DNA of 64,000 nt, taken from positions 1,488,001-1,552,000 of the forward strand of contig NZ_JABEZU010000001.1 of assembly GCF_013149785.1 (NCBI RefSeq), in the 5' to 3' direction. The notes under the pieces were generated by a model, which worked only from the letters and a program-made list of their open reading frames with translations, searched no databases and was not told the DNA's origin. Shown in pieces: positions 39,418-49,098 of the stretch. The position numbers and the translations under genes were made by a program. Within the stretch, counting starts at the first letter, position 1, and every line of letters starts with the position of its first letter. The DNA is from Isoptericola halotolerans (lineage in GTDB: Bacteria; Actinomycetota; Actinomycetes; Actinomycetales; Cellulomonadaceae).

Positions 39418-39878
39418 CCGCGAGGCGGATCCTCGAGGCCGCGGGTCGGCACGGCTGGACGATCGGCGTCGCCGAGTCGCTCACCGGCGGGCTGGTGACC
39501 GCCGCGCTGGTCGAGGTGCCTGGCGCATCGTCGGTCCTGCGGGGTGCCGTGGTCGCCTATGCGACCGAGCTGAAGGCGACCCTGCTGGACGTCGACGGCG
39601 ACCTGCTCGCCGAGCGTGGCGCCGTCGACCCTGACGTGGCCCGGGCGATGGCGGACGGTGTGCGACGTGCGACGGGTGCGGACGTCGGGCTCGCGACCAC
39701 CGGCGTCGCCGGCCCGGAACCGCAGGACGGCCGGCCGCCCGGCCTGGTGTACGTCGCGGTCGTCACGCCGGCGGCAGCAGCGGTCCGTCGGCTCGACGTC
39801 CAGGCGGACCGGATGGGTGTCCGTACCGCGGCGGTCGGGGCGGTGCTGGGCCTGGCCACCGAGCTGGTGGACGGGTGA
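39414..39878 (+). CDS. cinA: CinA C-terminal domain protein (NMN deamidase-like)
   Basis: AESLTGG, PGAS, ATTGVAGP; ATGA overlap with pgsA. Confidence 0.92.
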   Translation: MTARRILEAAGRHGWTIGVAESLTGGLVTAALVEVPGASSVLRGAVVAYATELKATLLDVDGDLLAERGAVDPDVARAMADGVRRATGADVGLATTGVAGPEPQDGRPPGLVYVAVVTPAAAAVRRLDVQADRMGVRTAAVGAVLGLATELVDG

Positions 39879-39925
39879 AGGTCCGGTGCGTGCTGAGCGT
39901 CGGTCGTGCGCCCGGCGCGCGGGCG

Positions 39926-39951
39926 GGAACACCGGGGGCCGACGGGGCGTT
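39926..39951 (+). promoter_or_regulatory. SigH/SigR-type ECF promoter upstream of clgR
   Basis: GGAAC-N17-CGTT. Confidence 0.55.
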
Positions 39952-40082
39952 GGGCAGGTGTGATCGCAGACAGGCCACGAACCCGTATCGATGCGCGTCC
40001 AGGTCGGCGCGCCCTGCCCGGCACGGGGTACGGTAGTGCCACTCCTCGACACGGGGTGGCGGACAAGGAAAGGGGGCGCGAC

Positions 40083-40412
40083 ATGATCGTCCTACGACGA
40101 GAGATCGGTGACGTGCTGCGCGACGCGCGGCAACGTCAGGGGCGCACCCTGCGTGAGGTCTCCTCGGCCGCGCGGGTCTCGCTGGGTTATCTCAGCGAGG
40201 TGGAGCGTGGCCAGAAGGAAGCCTCCTCGGAGCTGCTGGCGTCGATCTGCGAGGCCCTGGACGTCCCGCTGTCGCTCGTGCTGCGCGAGGTCAGCGACAA
40301 GATCGCGGTGGCCGAAGGGCTGCACGTCCCGGACACCATCCCCGCGGACGTGCTCGCGAGCATGTACTCCCGGGGCGGCGCCTCGCGCGACGACCTCACA
40401 CCGGTCGGCTGA
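40083..40412 (+). CDS. clgR: ClgR-like XRE-family HTH regulator
   Basis: [39 protein letters not shown]; follows pgsA-cinA. Confidence 0.88.
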   Translation: MIVLRREIGDVLRDARQRQGRTLREVSSAARVSLGYLSEVERGQKEASSELLASICEALDVPLSLVLREVSDKIAVAEGLHVPDTIPADVLASMYSRGGASRDDLTPVG

Positions 40413-41205
40413 GGCGCGTCGTCGCCTGGCACGTCGGGCACCAGAACACCGGCCGTTCGTACGGCGGTGCGTTCGCGGTCCCGACGGCGATCGGGGTGCG
40501 ACAGCGCCGGCACGGTCGCCCCAGCTGACCGTGCACGGCCCGCGGGACGCCCTGGAGGCCGCGGGTTCTGCCGATGTCGACGCTACGGCCCATGAGCCGA
40601 CGGGCGGTCGCCAGCAGGTCACGCCGACGGTCCGGGTCCAGGTGGTCCACCGTCGTCCAGGGGTACAGGCGCAGGGCGAACAAGGTCTCGGCCGTCCAGA
40701 TCGTCCCGAGGCCTGCCACCACCTGCTGGTCGAGCAGGACGTCGCACAGGGGTCGTGAGCGCTGGCGGGCGAGCCGGCGCACCCCTTCGTCGACGCCGGC
40801 GGACGGGAAGTCGTCGCCCAGCACGTCGGGCCCCAGGTGCCCGAGCAGCTGCGGCTCGTCGCGTGTGCGGAGCAGGTCGAGCATCCCCAGGCGCCACCCG
40901 ACGCAGGTCCACCGAGACGTCGCCAGCACCGCTCGCACCTCGGGATGCCGGGCCGCTGCTGAGGGCTCCCCGGTGCGCTCCACGCGCCACGCGCCCTCCA
41001 TCCGCAGGTGCGTGTGCAGGGTGCGGCCGTCGTCGAACCGGGTGAGCAGGTGCTTGCCGTACGCCACGCACCCCGTGACCGTCCGGCCCGTGAGGTCGGC
41101 CCCGCCGGCTCCGGGCCACCGCAGCTCCGACCGGACCAGGGGTGCTTCCTGGAGTGCCTGCTCGAGGCGCTCGGCGGTGAGTCGCAGCACATCTCCCTCA
41201 GGCAC
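40396..41205 (-). CDS. nei: Endonuclease VIII-like (Nei) DNA glycosylase
   Basis: PEGD N-terminus, [22 protein letters not shown], zinc finger CRRC...CPTCQ; SD GGAGG before GTG 41205. Confidence 0.9.
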   Translation of the reverse strand: MPEGDVLRLTAERLEQALQEAPLVRSELRWPGAGGADLTGRTVTGCVAYGKHLLTRFDDGRTLHTHLRMEGAWRVERTGEPSAAARHPEVRAVLATSRWTCVGWRLGMLDLLRTRDEPQLLGHLGPDVLGDDFPSAGVDEGVRRLARQRSRPLCDVLLDQQVVAGLGTIWTAETLFALRLYPWTTVDHLDPDRRRDLLATARRLMGRSVDIGRTRGLQGVPRAVHGQLGRPCRRCRTPIAVGTANAPPYERPVFWCPTCQATTRLSRPV

Positions 41206-41333
41206 CTTGACCTCCTTCGGGGCCCCGTCCTCCCGGGCCCGGCGACGTCCAGGGTGGCACAGTCGACGATCAGGGATCGACCAGGGGGGTACCTGATGGT
41301 TCGACGCGGACTTTTCGGACATGATGGTGCGCC

Positions 41334-42062
41334 ATGCGCCCCGATGCCGAGACCTCTTGCCTGCAACCTGCCGACCGTCCCAGCGTCCGCACGGTCGGCT
41401 GGTCGGGCCTCGTCGCGCTCGCGGCGATGGCTGCCGCCCACCTGCTCGGTGCGGGGGTCGTGGACCCGTTCGTCGACCCCGTGAGCTTCTACGCGTTCGT
41501 CCCCGGGGGAGGCGAGGCCATCCTGCTCGGCGGGACGATCCTGGCGGTGATGGGGGTCGTGCTGGTCGCCCGGGCCTATCGAGCGGGTCTGGTGACGGGT
41601 GCCGCGCCGGCAGTGGCGATGGCGACGTTCGCCGTCGCGATGGTGCTGGTGGGCGTCTTCCCCACGGACCCGCCCGGCGTGCCGACGACGGCCTCCGCCG
41701 TCGTGCACCGGGTCAGCGCCGCCGCGGCGTTCGTGGTGCTCCCGCTGGTCGGGCACTGCGTGGTCCGGCGGACGCACCCGTCGCGTTCCTCGGCGCCCCG
41801 CAGGTTGCAGCGGGCGACGATCGGTCTGGGCATCGTGGTTCTCGCGTTCCTCGCCGTGCATCTTCCCCTGGCGGCCGTCGGCTCGGGCATCGCGGCCTTC
41901 GGCTTCCTCGAGAGAGTCGGCTTCGTGCTCATGATCGGCTACCTGTTCCTGCTCGCGGACACGATCGATCGCGAGGCGGCACCCCGGCCGGCGGTCCGGG
42001 ACGAGCCGCTGCCCGCGGTGCCGCCCGTCAGCGGGTCGCGATCCGTAGACCTTGCGGTGTGA
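41334..42062 (+). CDS. DUF998-like membrane protein
   Basis: DPVSFYA, GVFPTD, VVHR, GFLER; about five TM segments. Confidence 0.7.
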   Translation: MRPDAETSCLQPADRPSVRTVGWSGLVALAAMAAAHLLGAGVVDPFVDPVSFYAFVPGGGEAILLGGTILAVMGVVLVARAYRAGLVTGAAPAVAMATFAVAMVLVGVFPTDPPGVPTTASAVVHRVSAAAAFVVLPLVGHCVVRRTHPSRSSAPRRLQRATIGLGIVVLAFLAVHLPLAAVGSGIAAFGFLERVGFVLMIGYLFLLADTIDREAAPRPAVRDEPLPAVPPVSGSRSVDLAV

Positions 42063-45000
42063 CACCGAAACCGCGGTCCAGCAACGCAGCGGCCACCGGT
42101 CCGCGGTCCCGGGCGGCGGCCAGGGCCGGTGTCCCGTCGACGCGCTGGACCAGCACCCGGCCGAGGCGTCCGTCACGTGCCGCGTCGGCGAGCACGGTCG
42201 CCGCCGCGTCGAGGTCGGCCGCGTCGTCGGTGAAGGAGAGCAGGCTGCGGCCACCACGCTCGACGTAGAGGGTCAGTGACCCGGACGTCAGCACGACGAC
42301 GGCTCCCGCCTTGCGGCCGGGACGGTGCCCCGCGCCGTCCGTCGGGTCGTGCGGCGGTCGGGGCCAGCCCAACGCCGCCCCGTAGGGGTTGGCGGGGTCC
42401 GTGGCGGCGAGCAGCACCGACCGGCGAGCTGCGTCCGGGTCGGAGCGCAGGCGGTCGCGTTCCGCCGCGTCGGCACGCAGCTGGTCGACGGCGCCGGGCA
42501 GGGCGAACTGTGACCCTCCGAGCCGCTCGACGAAGTAGCCACGGCGCACGGCTCCGCGGTCCTCCAGCCCGGACAGCACCCGGTAGACGTCTCGGAAGCG
42601 GCTGGTGGCCCCCTCGGACGGCGCCGTCGCGCGGGTGAGCACGCCGTGCCGGTCCAGGAGCACCTGGGTCAGGGCATGGGTGCGCAGCGTCGGGTCGGTC
42701 TCGGGCACCGGCAGCGCGGACCAGCGCCCTCCGCCGCCGCGCGGAGCCGCCGCGCGGGCGACGGCGAAGCGCGAGCGGCGGACCGGGCGGGGACGGGCCG
42801 CAGCCCGTGGCGCGCGGTGCACCCCGCCGCCCGCCCCGAGCCTCTCGCGGAGCACCGCGAGCCCGTCGTTCGTCACGTGACCGGCCCAGACCAGGTCCCA
42901 CAGGACCTCGAGGGTGTCCTGGGCGCTGGCGTCGGCCAGCTCGGCCAGGCGGGGGAGGAAGTGCCCGCCCGTGCCGGTGAGCAGGTCGAGGACGACGCGG
43001 TGCAGGGCCGAGTCGAGCGGACCGTCCGGCTCGAGCTCCGACGGCGTGGCGAGGGTGAGCGGCGCGTCGTCGCTCAGGTGCAGGCTCATCAGGCCGTCGC
43101 CGCCGCCGCTGCCGGTGAGCGGCCCGTGCCCTGCCCACAGCACCTCGCCCGTGGTGGTCAGTGCGTCGAGCATCGACGGGTCGTAGTCCGCCACCCGGGC
43201 GGGGAGCACGAGTGTCTCCAGGGCCGAGGCGGGGACCGCCGCCCCGGCGAGCTGCTCGACCGCCCGCAGCAGACCGTCGGTACCGCGCAGCGCCGTGGAG
43301 GCGACGTTCTGCCACCGGGGCAGGAAGACCCCGAGCGCCTCGGGCTCGACCGGCTCCACCTCGGCGCGCAGCGCGGCCAGCGAACGACGGCGCAGCGACC
43401 GCAGCACCCGGGGGTCGCACAGGTCGTCCCCGGTGCCACCCAGCACCTCGGGGCGCAGCGCCCCGCGGACCAGCAGCCCGTCGGTCTCCAGCCGTGCGGC
43501 CACCGTGGCGACCACCGCGACCCCGAGCCCGAACCGGTGGGCCACGTCCGCCGTCGTGAACGGGCCGTGCGTCCGGGCGTGCCGCCGCACGAGGTCGCCC
43601 AGCGGGTCGGGCACCGGTGTCGTGTGGGCCTCGGCGAGCCCGGTCGGCAGGGCGACGCCGAGTGCGTCACGCAACCGCGCGGCGTCGTCGACGACGGCCC
43701 ACTGCTCGACCCCCGCGATGCGCACGGCGATCACCCGGCGGGCCCGCGCCAGGTCGTCGAGCCAGCCGTCGACGTCGTCGCGCACGTCGGACCGGGTGCG
43801 CTCGCGCAGCGCCGCGACGGGGTGCGGGCCGGTGCGCCGCAGCACGTCCCACAGCCCTTCGGCGTCCTTGGCCTGCCGCTCCGGCACGAGGGACTGCAGC
43901 TCGCCCTCGGTGCGTTCGACGGCGTCGGGGTCGAGCAGGTCGGCCAGGTCGGTGGCGCCCTGCTCGCCGAGCAGCTCGGCCAGCAGCGCGGGGTCCAGCG
44001 AGAGCGCTGCGGCACGTCGTTCCGCCAGGGGGGCGTCGCCGTCGTACAGGAACTGCGCGGTGTAGCCGAACAGCAGCGACCGGGCGAAGGGTGACGGTTC
44101 GGAGGTCGTCACCTCGACCAGCCGCACGCGCCCGGTGGCGAGGTCGGCCATGAGGGTGCGCAGGGCGGCCACGTCGAAGTCGTCCTGGAGGCACTCGCGG
44201 GCCGCCTCGAGCATGATCGGGAACTCGGGGTGCGCCGAGGCCACCTGCAACAGCTGGGCGGCTCGTTGGCGCTGCTGCCACAGCGGCGACCGGCGGTCCG
44301 GTCGACGGCGGGGGAGCAGCAGGGCGCGCGCGGCCGCCTCGCGGAACCGCGCGGAGAACAGCACCGACGAGCCCAGCTCGGCGCGGACGGCGTCGGCGAC
44401 GTCGTCCGGCTCCAGCAGGAGGTCCTCGGTGGTGAGCGCCGGTGCCTGGTGGCCGGGGGACTCGATGTCCCAGGGCGAGTCCCCGGGAAGCCGCAGCACG
44501 ATCCCGTCGTCGCCCGGCATGGCGGCCACGTCGGCGCCGAGGCGCTCGCGCAGCCGCGCGGCCACGACGAGGGCCCACGGGGTGTGCACCCGGGCGCCGA
44601 GCGGCGAGTGGACCACGACCCGCCAGTCCCCGAGCTCGTCGCGGAACGTCTCGACGACGACGGTGCGGTCGTCCGGCAGCCGGCCGGTGGCGGTGCGCTG
44701 CTCGGTCAGGTACTCGGCGAGGTTGTCGGCGGCCCAGGCGTCCAGCCCGGCGGCGCGCAGGTGGGCGCGGCCGGGCTGCGGGCCCTCGACGAGCGCGTCG
44801 TCGGCCTCGCGGACGAAGGCGCCCACGGCGAACCCGAGCGGGACCGGCCGGCCGGGGGCGTCGCCCTTCCAGAAGGGCAGCCTGCCGGGCAGGCCCGGGG
44901 CGGGGGTGACCACGACGCGGTCGGGGGTGATGTCCTCGATACGCCAGGTCGACGAGCCGAGCGTGAACGTGTCGCCGACCCGCGACTCGTAGACCATCTC

Positions 45001-46737
45001 CTCGTCCAGCTCGCCGACCCGCTTGCCGCCGCGTCCGCCGTCGTCCCCGGCGAGGAAGACCCCGTAGAGGCCGCGGTCGGGGATGGTCCCGCCGCTGGTG
45101 ACGGCGAGCCGCTGGGCGCCGGGCCTGGCGGAGAGCCGCCCGGTGGCGCGGTCCCAGACGATCCGTGCGCGCAGCTCGCCGAAGTCCTCGCTCGGGTACC
45201 GTCCGGCGAGCATGTCGAGGACGGCGTGCCAGGTGGCGTCCCCGAGCCCGGCGTAGGGCGCCGAGCGACGGACGAGGGCCAGCAGGTCGTCGCTGTGCCA
45301 CTCGTCCATCGCGAGCGTGGCGACCACCTGCTGCGCCAGGACGTCCAGGGGGTTCGACACCACGTGGAGCGGCTCGATCTCGCCGCTGCGCATGCGCTGG
45401 GTGACCACGGTCGCCGGGACGAGCTCCCCGCGGAAGGTGGGCAGCACCACGCCGTGGGAGACCGCGCCCACCTGGTGCCCGGCCCGGCCGATACGTTGCA
45501 GACCGCTGGCCACCGACGGCGGGGAGCCGACCTGGACCGCCAGGTCGATCGCGCCCATGTCGATGCCGAGCTCGAGCGACGACGTCGCGACGACGGCGGG
45601 CAGCCGGCCCGCCTTCAGCTCCGACTCGGTCCGGGTGCGCTCGGCCCGGCTCATGGACCCGTGGTGGGAGCGAGCCAGGACGGGAGCGTCCTCGGGCGGG
45701 GCGGCCGCCGTGCCGGACTGCCCGGGTGCCTGCGCGGCCTGGGCGGCACCCGGGTCGGCGACGGCGAGGCCCTGGCGTTCGGCCCAGGTCTCGTTGATCC
45801 GCGCGGTCAGGCGCTCCGCCCCGCGCCGGGAGTTGGTGAACACGAGGGTCGAACGGTGCGCGGCGATCAGGTCGACGACCCGGTCGGTGACGTGCGGCCA
45901 GACCGACGCCTGCCGCTGCGGTGCGGCCGCCGGGCCGGACAGGTCGGGCTCCTCGTCGCGGCCCAGGTCCGTCAGGTCGGGGACGGGGACGGCGACCTGC
46001 AGGTCCCAGCGCTTGTCGGCCGGTGGTTGCACCACCGCGACCTCGCGCCCACCCTCGGCCGGCGGGCGGCTGCCCGCGAGGAAGGCGGCGACCTCGTCGA
46101 CCGGGCGGACGGTGGCCGAGAGCCCGACGCGCTGCGCGGGCTTCTCGAGCAGGGCGTCGAGCCGTTCCAGCGTGACGGCGAGGTGCGCGCCACGCTTGGT
46201 CCCCGCCACGGCGTGGATCTCGTCGACGATCACCGTCTCGACCCCGGCCAGTCCGGACCGGGCGGCCGAGGTCAGGACCAGGAACAGCGACTCCGGAGTG
46301 GTGATCAGCACGTCCGGCGGCCGGGTCGCGAACGCCCTGCGCTCGGAGGCAGGCGTGTCGCCCGTCCGCATGCCGACGCGCAGCTCGTGGGCGGTGGCGC
46401 CGTCCCGCGCGGCGGTCTGCCGGATGCCGGCCAGCGGGGTGCGCAGGTTGCGCTGCACGTCTGCGGCGAGGGCCTTGAGGGGCGAGACGTACAGCACCCG
46501 GCAGCGTCGGGCCGGGTCCCGCGGCGGCGGGGCGGAGGTGAGCCGGTCGATCGCCCAGAGGAACGCGGCGAGCGTCTTGCCGGAGCCGGTCGGTGCGACC
46601 ACGAGAGCGTGCCGGTCGGCCCCGATCGCCGCCCACGCGCCGGACTGCGCCGCGGTGGGCCGCTCGAACGCGTCGGTGAACCACGCCCGGGTGGCGGGCG
46701 TGAACGCGGCGAGCGGGTCGTCCGGGGTCGGGGCCAC
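42028..46737 (-). CDS. lhr: Lhr family ATP-dependent helicase (long form with C-terminal domain)
   Basis: APTGSGKT, YVSPLKAL, TTPESL, DEIH, SAT, HHGSMS, TSSLELGIDMG, QRIGRAGH, RRGYFVE, ATDPANPYG; start GTG 46737 (ORF open to 46752). Confidence 0.95.
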   Translation of the reverse strand: MAPTPDDPLAAFTPATRAWFTDAFERPTAAQSGAWAAIGADRHALVVAPTGSGKTLAAFLWAIDRLTSAPPPRDPARRCRVLYVSPLKALAADVQRNLRTPLAGIRQTAARDGATAHELRVGMRTGDTPASERRAFATRPPDVLITTPESLFLVLTSAARSGLAGVETVIVDEIHAVAGTKRGAHLAVTLERLDALLEKPAQRVGLSATVRPVDEVAAFLAGSRPPAEGGREVAVVQPPADKRWDLQVAVPVPDLTDLGRDEEPDLSGPAAAPQRQASVWPHVTDRVVDLIAAHRSTLVFTNSRRGAERLTARINETWAERQGLAVADPGAAQAAQAPGQSGTAAAPPEDAPVLARSHHGSMSRAERTRTESELKAGRLPAVVATSSLELGIDMGAIDLAVQVGSPPSVASGLQRIGRAGHQVGAVSHGVVLPTFRGELVPATVVTQRMRSGEIEPLHVVSNPLDVLAQQVVATLAMDEWHSDDLLALVRRSAPYAGLGDATWHAVLDMLAGRYPSEDFGELRARIVWDRATGRLSARPGAQRLAVTSGGTIPDRGLYGVFLAGDDGGRGGKRVGELDEEMVYESRVGDTFTLGSSTWRIEDITPDRVVVTPAPGLPGRLPFWKGDAPGRPVPLGFAVGAFVREADDALVEGPQPGRAHLRAAGLDAWAADNLAEYLTEQRTATGRLPDDRTVVVETFRDELGDWRVVVHSPLGARVHTPWALVVAARLRERLGADVAAMPGDDGIVLRLPGDSPWDIESPGHQAPALTTEDLLLEPDDVADAVRAELGSSVLFSARFREAAARALLLPRRRPDRRSPLWQQRQRAAQLLQVASAHPEFPIMLEAARECLQDDFDVAALRTLMADLATGRVRLVEVTTSEPSPFARSLLFGYTAQFLYDGDAPLAERRAAALSLDPALLAELLGEQGATDLADLLDPDAVERTEGELQSLVPERQAKDAEGLWDVLRRTGPHPVAALRERTRSDVRDDVDGWLDDLARARRVIAVRIAGVEQWAVVDDAARLRDALGVALPTGLAEAHTTPVPDPLGDLVRRHARTHGPFTTADVAHRFGLGVAVVATVAARLETDGLLVRGALRPEVLGGTGDDLCDPRVLRSLRRRSLAALRAEVEPVEPEALGVFLPRWQNVASTALRGTDGLLRAVEQLAGAAVPASALETLVLPARVADYDPSMLDALTTTGEVLWAGHGPLTGSGGGDGLMSLHLSDDAPLTLATPSELEPDGPLDSALHRVVLDLLTGTGGHFLPRLAELADASAQDTLEVLWDLVWAGHVTNDGLAVLRERLGAGGGVHRAPRAAARPRPVRRSRFAVARAAAPRGGGGRWSALPVPETDPTLRTHALTQVLLDRHGVLTRATAPSEGATSRFRDVYRVLSGLEDRGAVRRGYFVERLGGSQFALPGAVDQLRADAAERDRLRSDPDAARRSVLLAATDPANPYGAALGWPRPPHDPTDGAGHRPGRKAGAVVVLTSGSLTLYVERGGRSLLSFTDDAADLDAAATVLADAARDGRLGRVLVQRVDGTPALAAARDRGPVAAALLDRGFGVTPQGLRIATR

Positions 46738-46743
46738 CGCCCC

Positions 46744-46765
46744 ATCCTGCACCGGGGCACCGACA
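46744..46765 (-). promoter_or_regulatory. RecA-NDp (PafBC-type) promoter motif for lhr
   Basis: Minus strand TGTCGG-N10-CAGGAT, six nt before the GTG start; one mismatch to TGTCGG-N10-TANNNT. Confidence 0.6.
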
Positions 46766-46807
46766 GGCGCCTGCCGCCGTCGGGCCGGGTCGTGGCACCC
46801 TGGGAGA

Positions 46808-47041
46808 GTGCGCTACTCGGACTTCACCCAGCTCGTCGACGAGGTCTTCGGTCGCGCCCTCGGCCGGACCCTGGTGAGCGAGCAGGTCCTGCCCCGGCTC
46901 GGGGGCCGCACCCCGGCCGAGGCGCTCGACGCCGGTGCGGAGCCGCGCGACGTGTGGCACGCGCTGTGCGACGCGCTCGACGTGCCGGAGGGTCGCCGCT
47001 GGGGCACCGACCGGAACCGGCAGGCACCACCGCCGCGTTGA
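46808..47041 (+). CDS. DUF3046 family protein
   Basis: MRYSDF...VDEVFG...[20 protein letters not shown]; usual position upstream of recA. Confidence 0.88.
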   Translation: MRYSDFTQLVDEVFGRALGRTLVSEQVLPRLGGRTPAEALDAGAEPRDVWHALCDALDVPEGRRWGTDRNRQAPPPR

Positions 47042-47083
47042 TCGCGGCCGACCCGCTCCGACACGCCGTCGGTGGTCGACCAC

Positions 47084-47099
47084 TCGAACAGATGTTCGG
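47084..47099. promoter_or_regulatory. LexA SOS box upstream of recA
   Basis: TCGAAC-AGAT-GTTCGG versus consensus TCGAAC-N4-GTTCGA; adjacent TAGAGT -10 at 47101-47106. Confidence 0.85.
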
Positions 47100-47165
47100 C
47101 TAGAGTGTGACCACAGCAGGACTCTCGCGGCCGTCGTCCACAGGGCGACAGGGTGCCGCGGGGCG

Positions 47166-47188
47166 TTGTCGGTGGCGCCGGGTACGGT
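47166..47188 (+). promoter_or_regulatory. RecA-NDp (PafBC-type) promoter of recA
   Basis: TTGTCGGTG-GCGCCGGG-TACGGT, full match to tTGTCRgtg-N8-TANNNT. Confidence 0.8.
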
Positions 47189-47252
47189 CGTCGACAACAT
47201 GAGCAGCAAGCCGAAGGCGCGCGGCCGCGCCCAGAACACGAAGGTGACGAAC

Positions 47253-48407
47253 ATGCCAGCACCGGAAGACCGTGACAAGGCCCTCGAAGCCGCGCTCGCC
47301 CAGATCGACCGCAACTTCGGCAAGGGTTCCGTCATGCGGCTCGGTCAGGAGGGGCGCGCCCCGGTGGACATCATCCCCACCGGGTCCATCGCGCTCGACG
47401 TCGCGCTCGGGATCGGCGGGCTGCCGCGCGGCCGCGTGGTCGAGGTTTACGGCCCCGAGTCCTCCGGCAAGACGACCATCGCGCTGCACGCGGTGGCGAA
47501 CGCCCAGAAGAACGGCGGCATCGCGGCGTTCATCGACGCCGAGCACGCCCTGGACCCGGACTACGCCAAGAAGCTCGGTGTCGACACCGACGCTCTCCTC
47601 GTCTCCCAGCCGGACACCGGCGAGCAGGCGCTGGAGATCACCGACATGCTGATCCGTTCCGGTGCGATCGACATCATCGTCATCGACTCCGTCGCGGCCC
47701 TGGTGCCCAAGGCCGAGATCGAGGGCGAGATGGGTGACAGCCACGTGGGCCTGCAGGCACGGCTCATGTCGCAGGCGCTGCGCAAGATCGCCGGCGCGCT
47801 GAGCCAGTCGGGCACCACCGCGATCTTCATCAACCAGCTCCGCGAGAAGATCGGTGTGTTCTTCGGCTCCCCGGAGACGACCACCGGTGGCAAGGCGTTG
47901 AAGTTCTACGCCTCGGTGCGGATGGACATCCGCCGGATCGAGACCCTCAAGGAGGGGACCGACGCGGTCGGCAACCGCACGCGGGTCAAGGTCGTCAAGA
48001 ACAAGATGGCGCCGCCGTTCAAGCAGGCCGAGTTCGACATCCTGTACGGCGTCGGGATCTCCCGCGAGGGTGGTCTGATCGACATGGGCGTCGAGCACGG
48101 GTTCGTGCGCAAGTCCGGGTCGTGGTTCACCTACGACGGTGACCAGCTCGGCCAGGGCAAGGAGAACGCCCGGTCGTTCCTGCGGGACAACCCCGACCTC
48201 GCCGACGAGCTGGAGAAGAAGATCAAGGAGAAGCTCGGCGTCGGAGCCAAGGTCGACGTACCGGCGGAGAGCGACGACGCCGTGCCGGCGCCGGGCGGCC
48301 CGTCCTCGGCGGTCGCGGCAGCCTCCGCGGACGAGGGCAAGGTCTCGGCCAAGGCGAAGGCGACCGCTCGGTCCACGGCTGCCAAGACCAAGAAGGCGCC
48401 GTTCTGA
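47253..48407 (+). CDS. recA: Recombinase RecA
   Basis: [48 protein letters not shown]; no intein. Confidence 0.98.
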   Translation: MPAPEDRDKALEAALAQIDRNFGKGSVMRLGQEGRAPVDIIPTGSIALDVALGIGGLPRGRVVEVYGPESSGKTTIALHAVANAQKNGGIAAFIDAEHALDPDYAKKLGVDTDALLVSQPDTGEQALEITDMLIRSGAIDIIVIDSVAALVPKAEIEGEMGDSHVGLQARLMSQALRKIAGALSQSGTTAIFINQLREKIGVFFGSPETTTGGKALKFYASVRMDIRRIETLKEGTDAVGNRTRVKVVKNKMAPPFKQAEFDILYGVGISREGGLIDMGVEHGFVRKSGSWFTYDGDQLGQGKENARSFLRDNPDLADELEKKIKEKLGVGAKVDVPAESDDAVPAPGGPSSAVAAASADEGKVSAKAKATARSTAAKTKKAPF

Positions 48408-48420
48408 CGGGCGCCCGCTG

Positions 48421-49020
48421 ATGACAGCAGGACGGGGCGGTCGCGGCGAGGGGAAGCGCCGCGGCCGCCCGAGCGTGGGCGAACGCCTCGAGGCCGGGGA
48501 GATCGGCACCGAGGAGGCGGTCGAGCTCGCCCGCGAGACGGTGCTGCGCACCTTGACGGCAGCTCCCAAGAGCCGCGCAGAGCTGGCCCGCTCCCTCGCA
48601 CGCAAGGGGTATCCGGAGCATGTCGTCACCCCGGTGCTCGACCGGTTCGAGGAGGTCCGGCTCGTCGACGACGCCGAGTACGCGGACATGATCGTGCGGA
48701 CCCGGCACACCGAGCGCGGCCAGGCCCGCCGGGCGATCTCGGCTGAGCTCTACCGGCGGGGGATCGACGCGGACACGGCAGCCGAGGCGCTCGAGCAGAT
48801 CGACGGCGACGACGAGCGCGAGGCAGCTGCCGAGCTGGCCCGCAAGCACGTCGCGCGCACGCGCGGCCTCGACCGGGACAAGCGGGTCCGGCGGGCCGTC
48901 GGAGCGTTGAGTCGCAAGGGACACAGCCCGTCGGTGGCGTTCGCTGCCGTCAAGGATGCGCTCGCCGCCGAGGGGGAGGGCTCCGACGGCGAGGACGACC
49001 ACCTCGACCTCGACGACTGA
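48421..49020 (+). CDS. recX: Regulatory protein RecX
   Basis: KSRAELA..LARKG, LVDDAEYA, ELYRRGI, LSRKG; follows recA. Confidence 0.92.
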   Translation: MTAGRGGRGEGKRRGRPSVGERLEAGEIGTEEAVELARETVLRTLTAAPKSRAELARSLARKGYPEHVVTPVLDRFEEVRLVDDAEYADMIVRTRHTERGQARRAISAELYRRGIDADTAAEALEQIDGDDEREAAAELARKHVARTRGLDRDKRVRRAVGALSRKGHSPSVAFAAVKDALAAEGEGSDGEDDHLDLDD

Positions 49021-49037
49021 GGATCAGAGCGACGACA

Positions 49038-49077
49038 GCGGAGGGGCCCGGGTGATCCGTCACCCGGGCCCCTCCGC
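49038..49077. terminator. Bidirectional terminator between recX and gluD
   Basis: Perfect 18-bp stem GCGGAGGGGCCCGGGTGA / TCACCCGGGCCCCTCCGC with a TCCG loop. Confidence 0.8.
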
Positions 49078-49098
49078 AGTGCTGTCCGTCGAGCGAGG

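Noticed and set aside
47199..47252. Upstream ATG giving RecA an 18-aa N-terminal extension
   Set aside because: ATG 47253 has an SD-like AAGGTG and gives the usual RecA N-terminus; the longer start cannot be excluded but is unsupported.
43667..47335. 1222-aa and 957-aa ORFs overlapping lhr
   Set aside because: Alternate-frame and antisense shadows of lhr.
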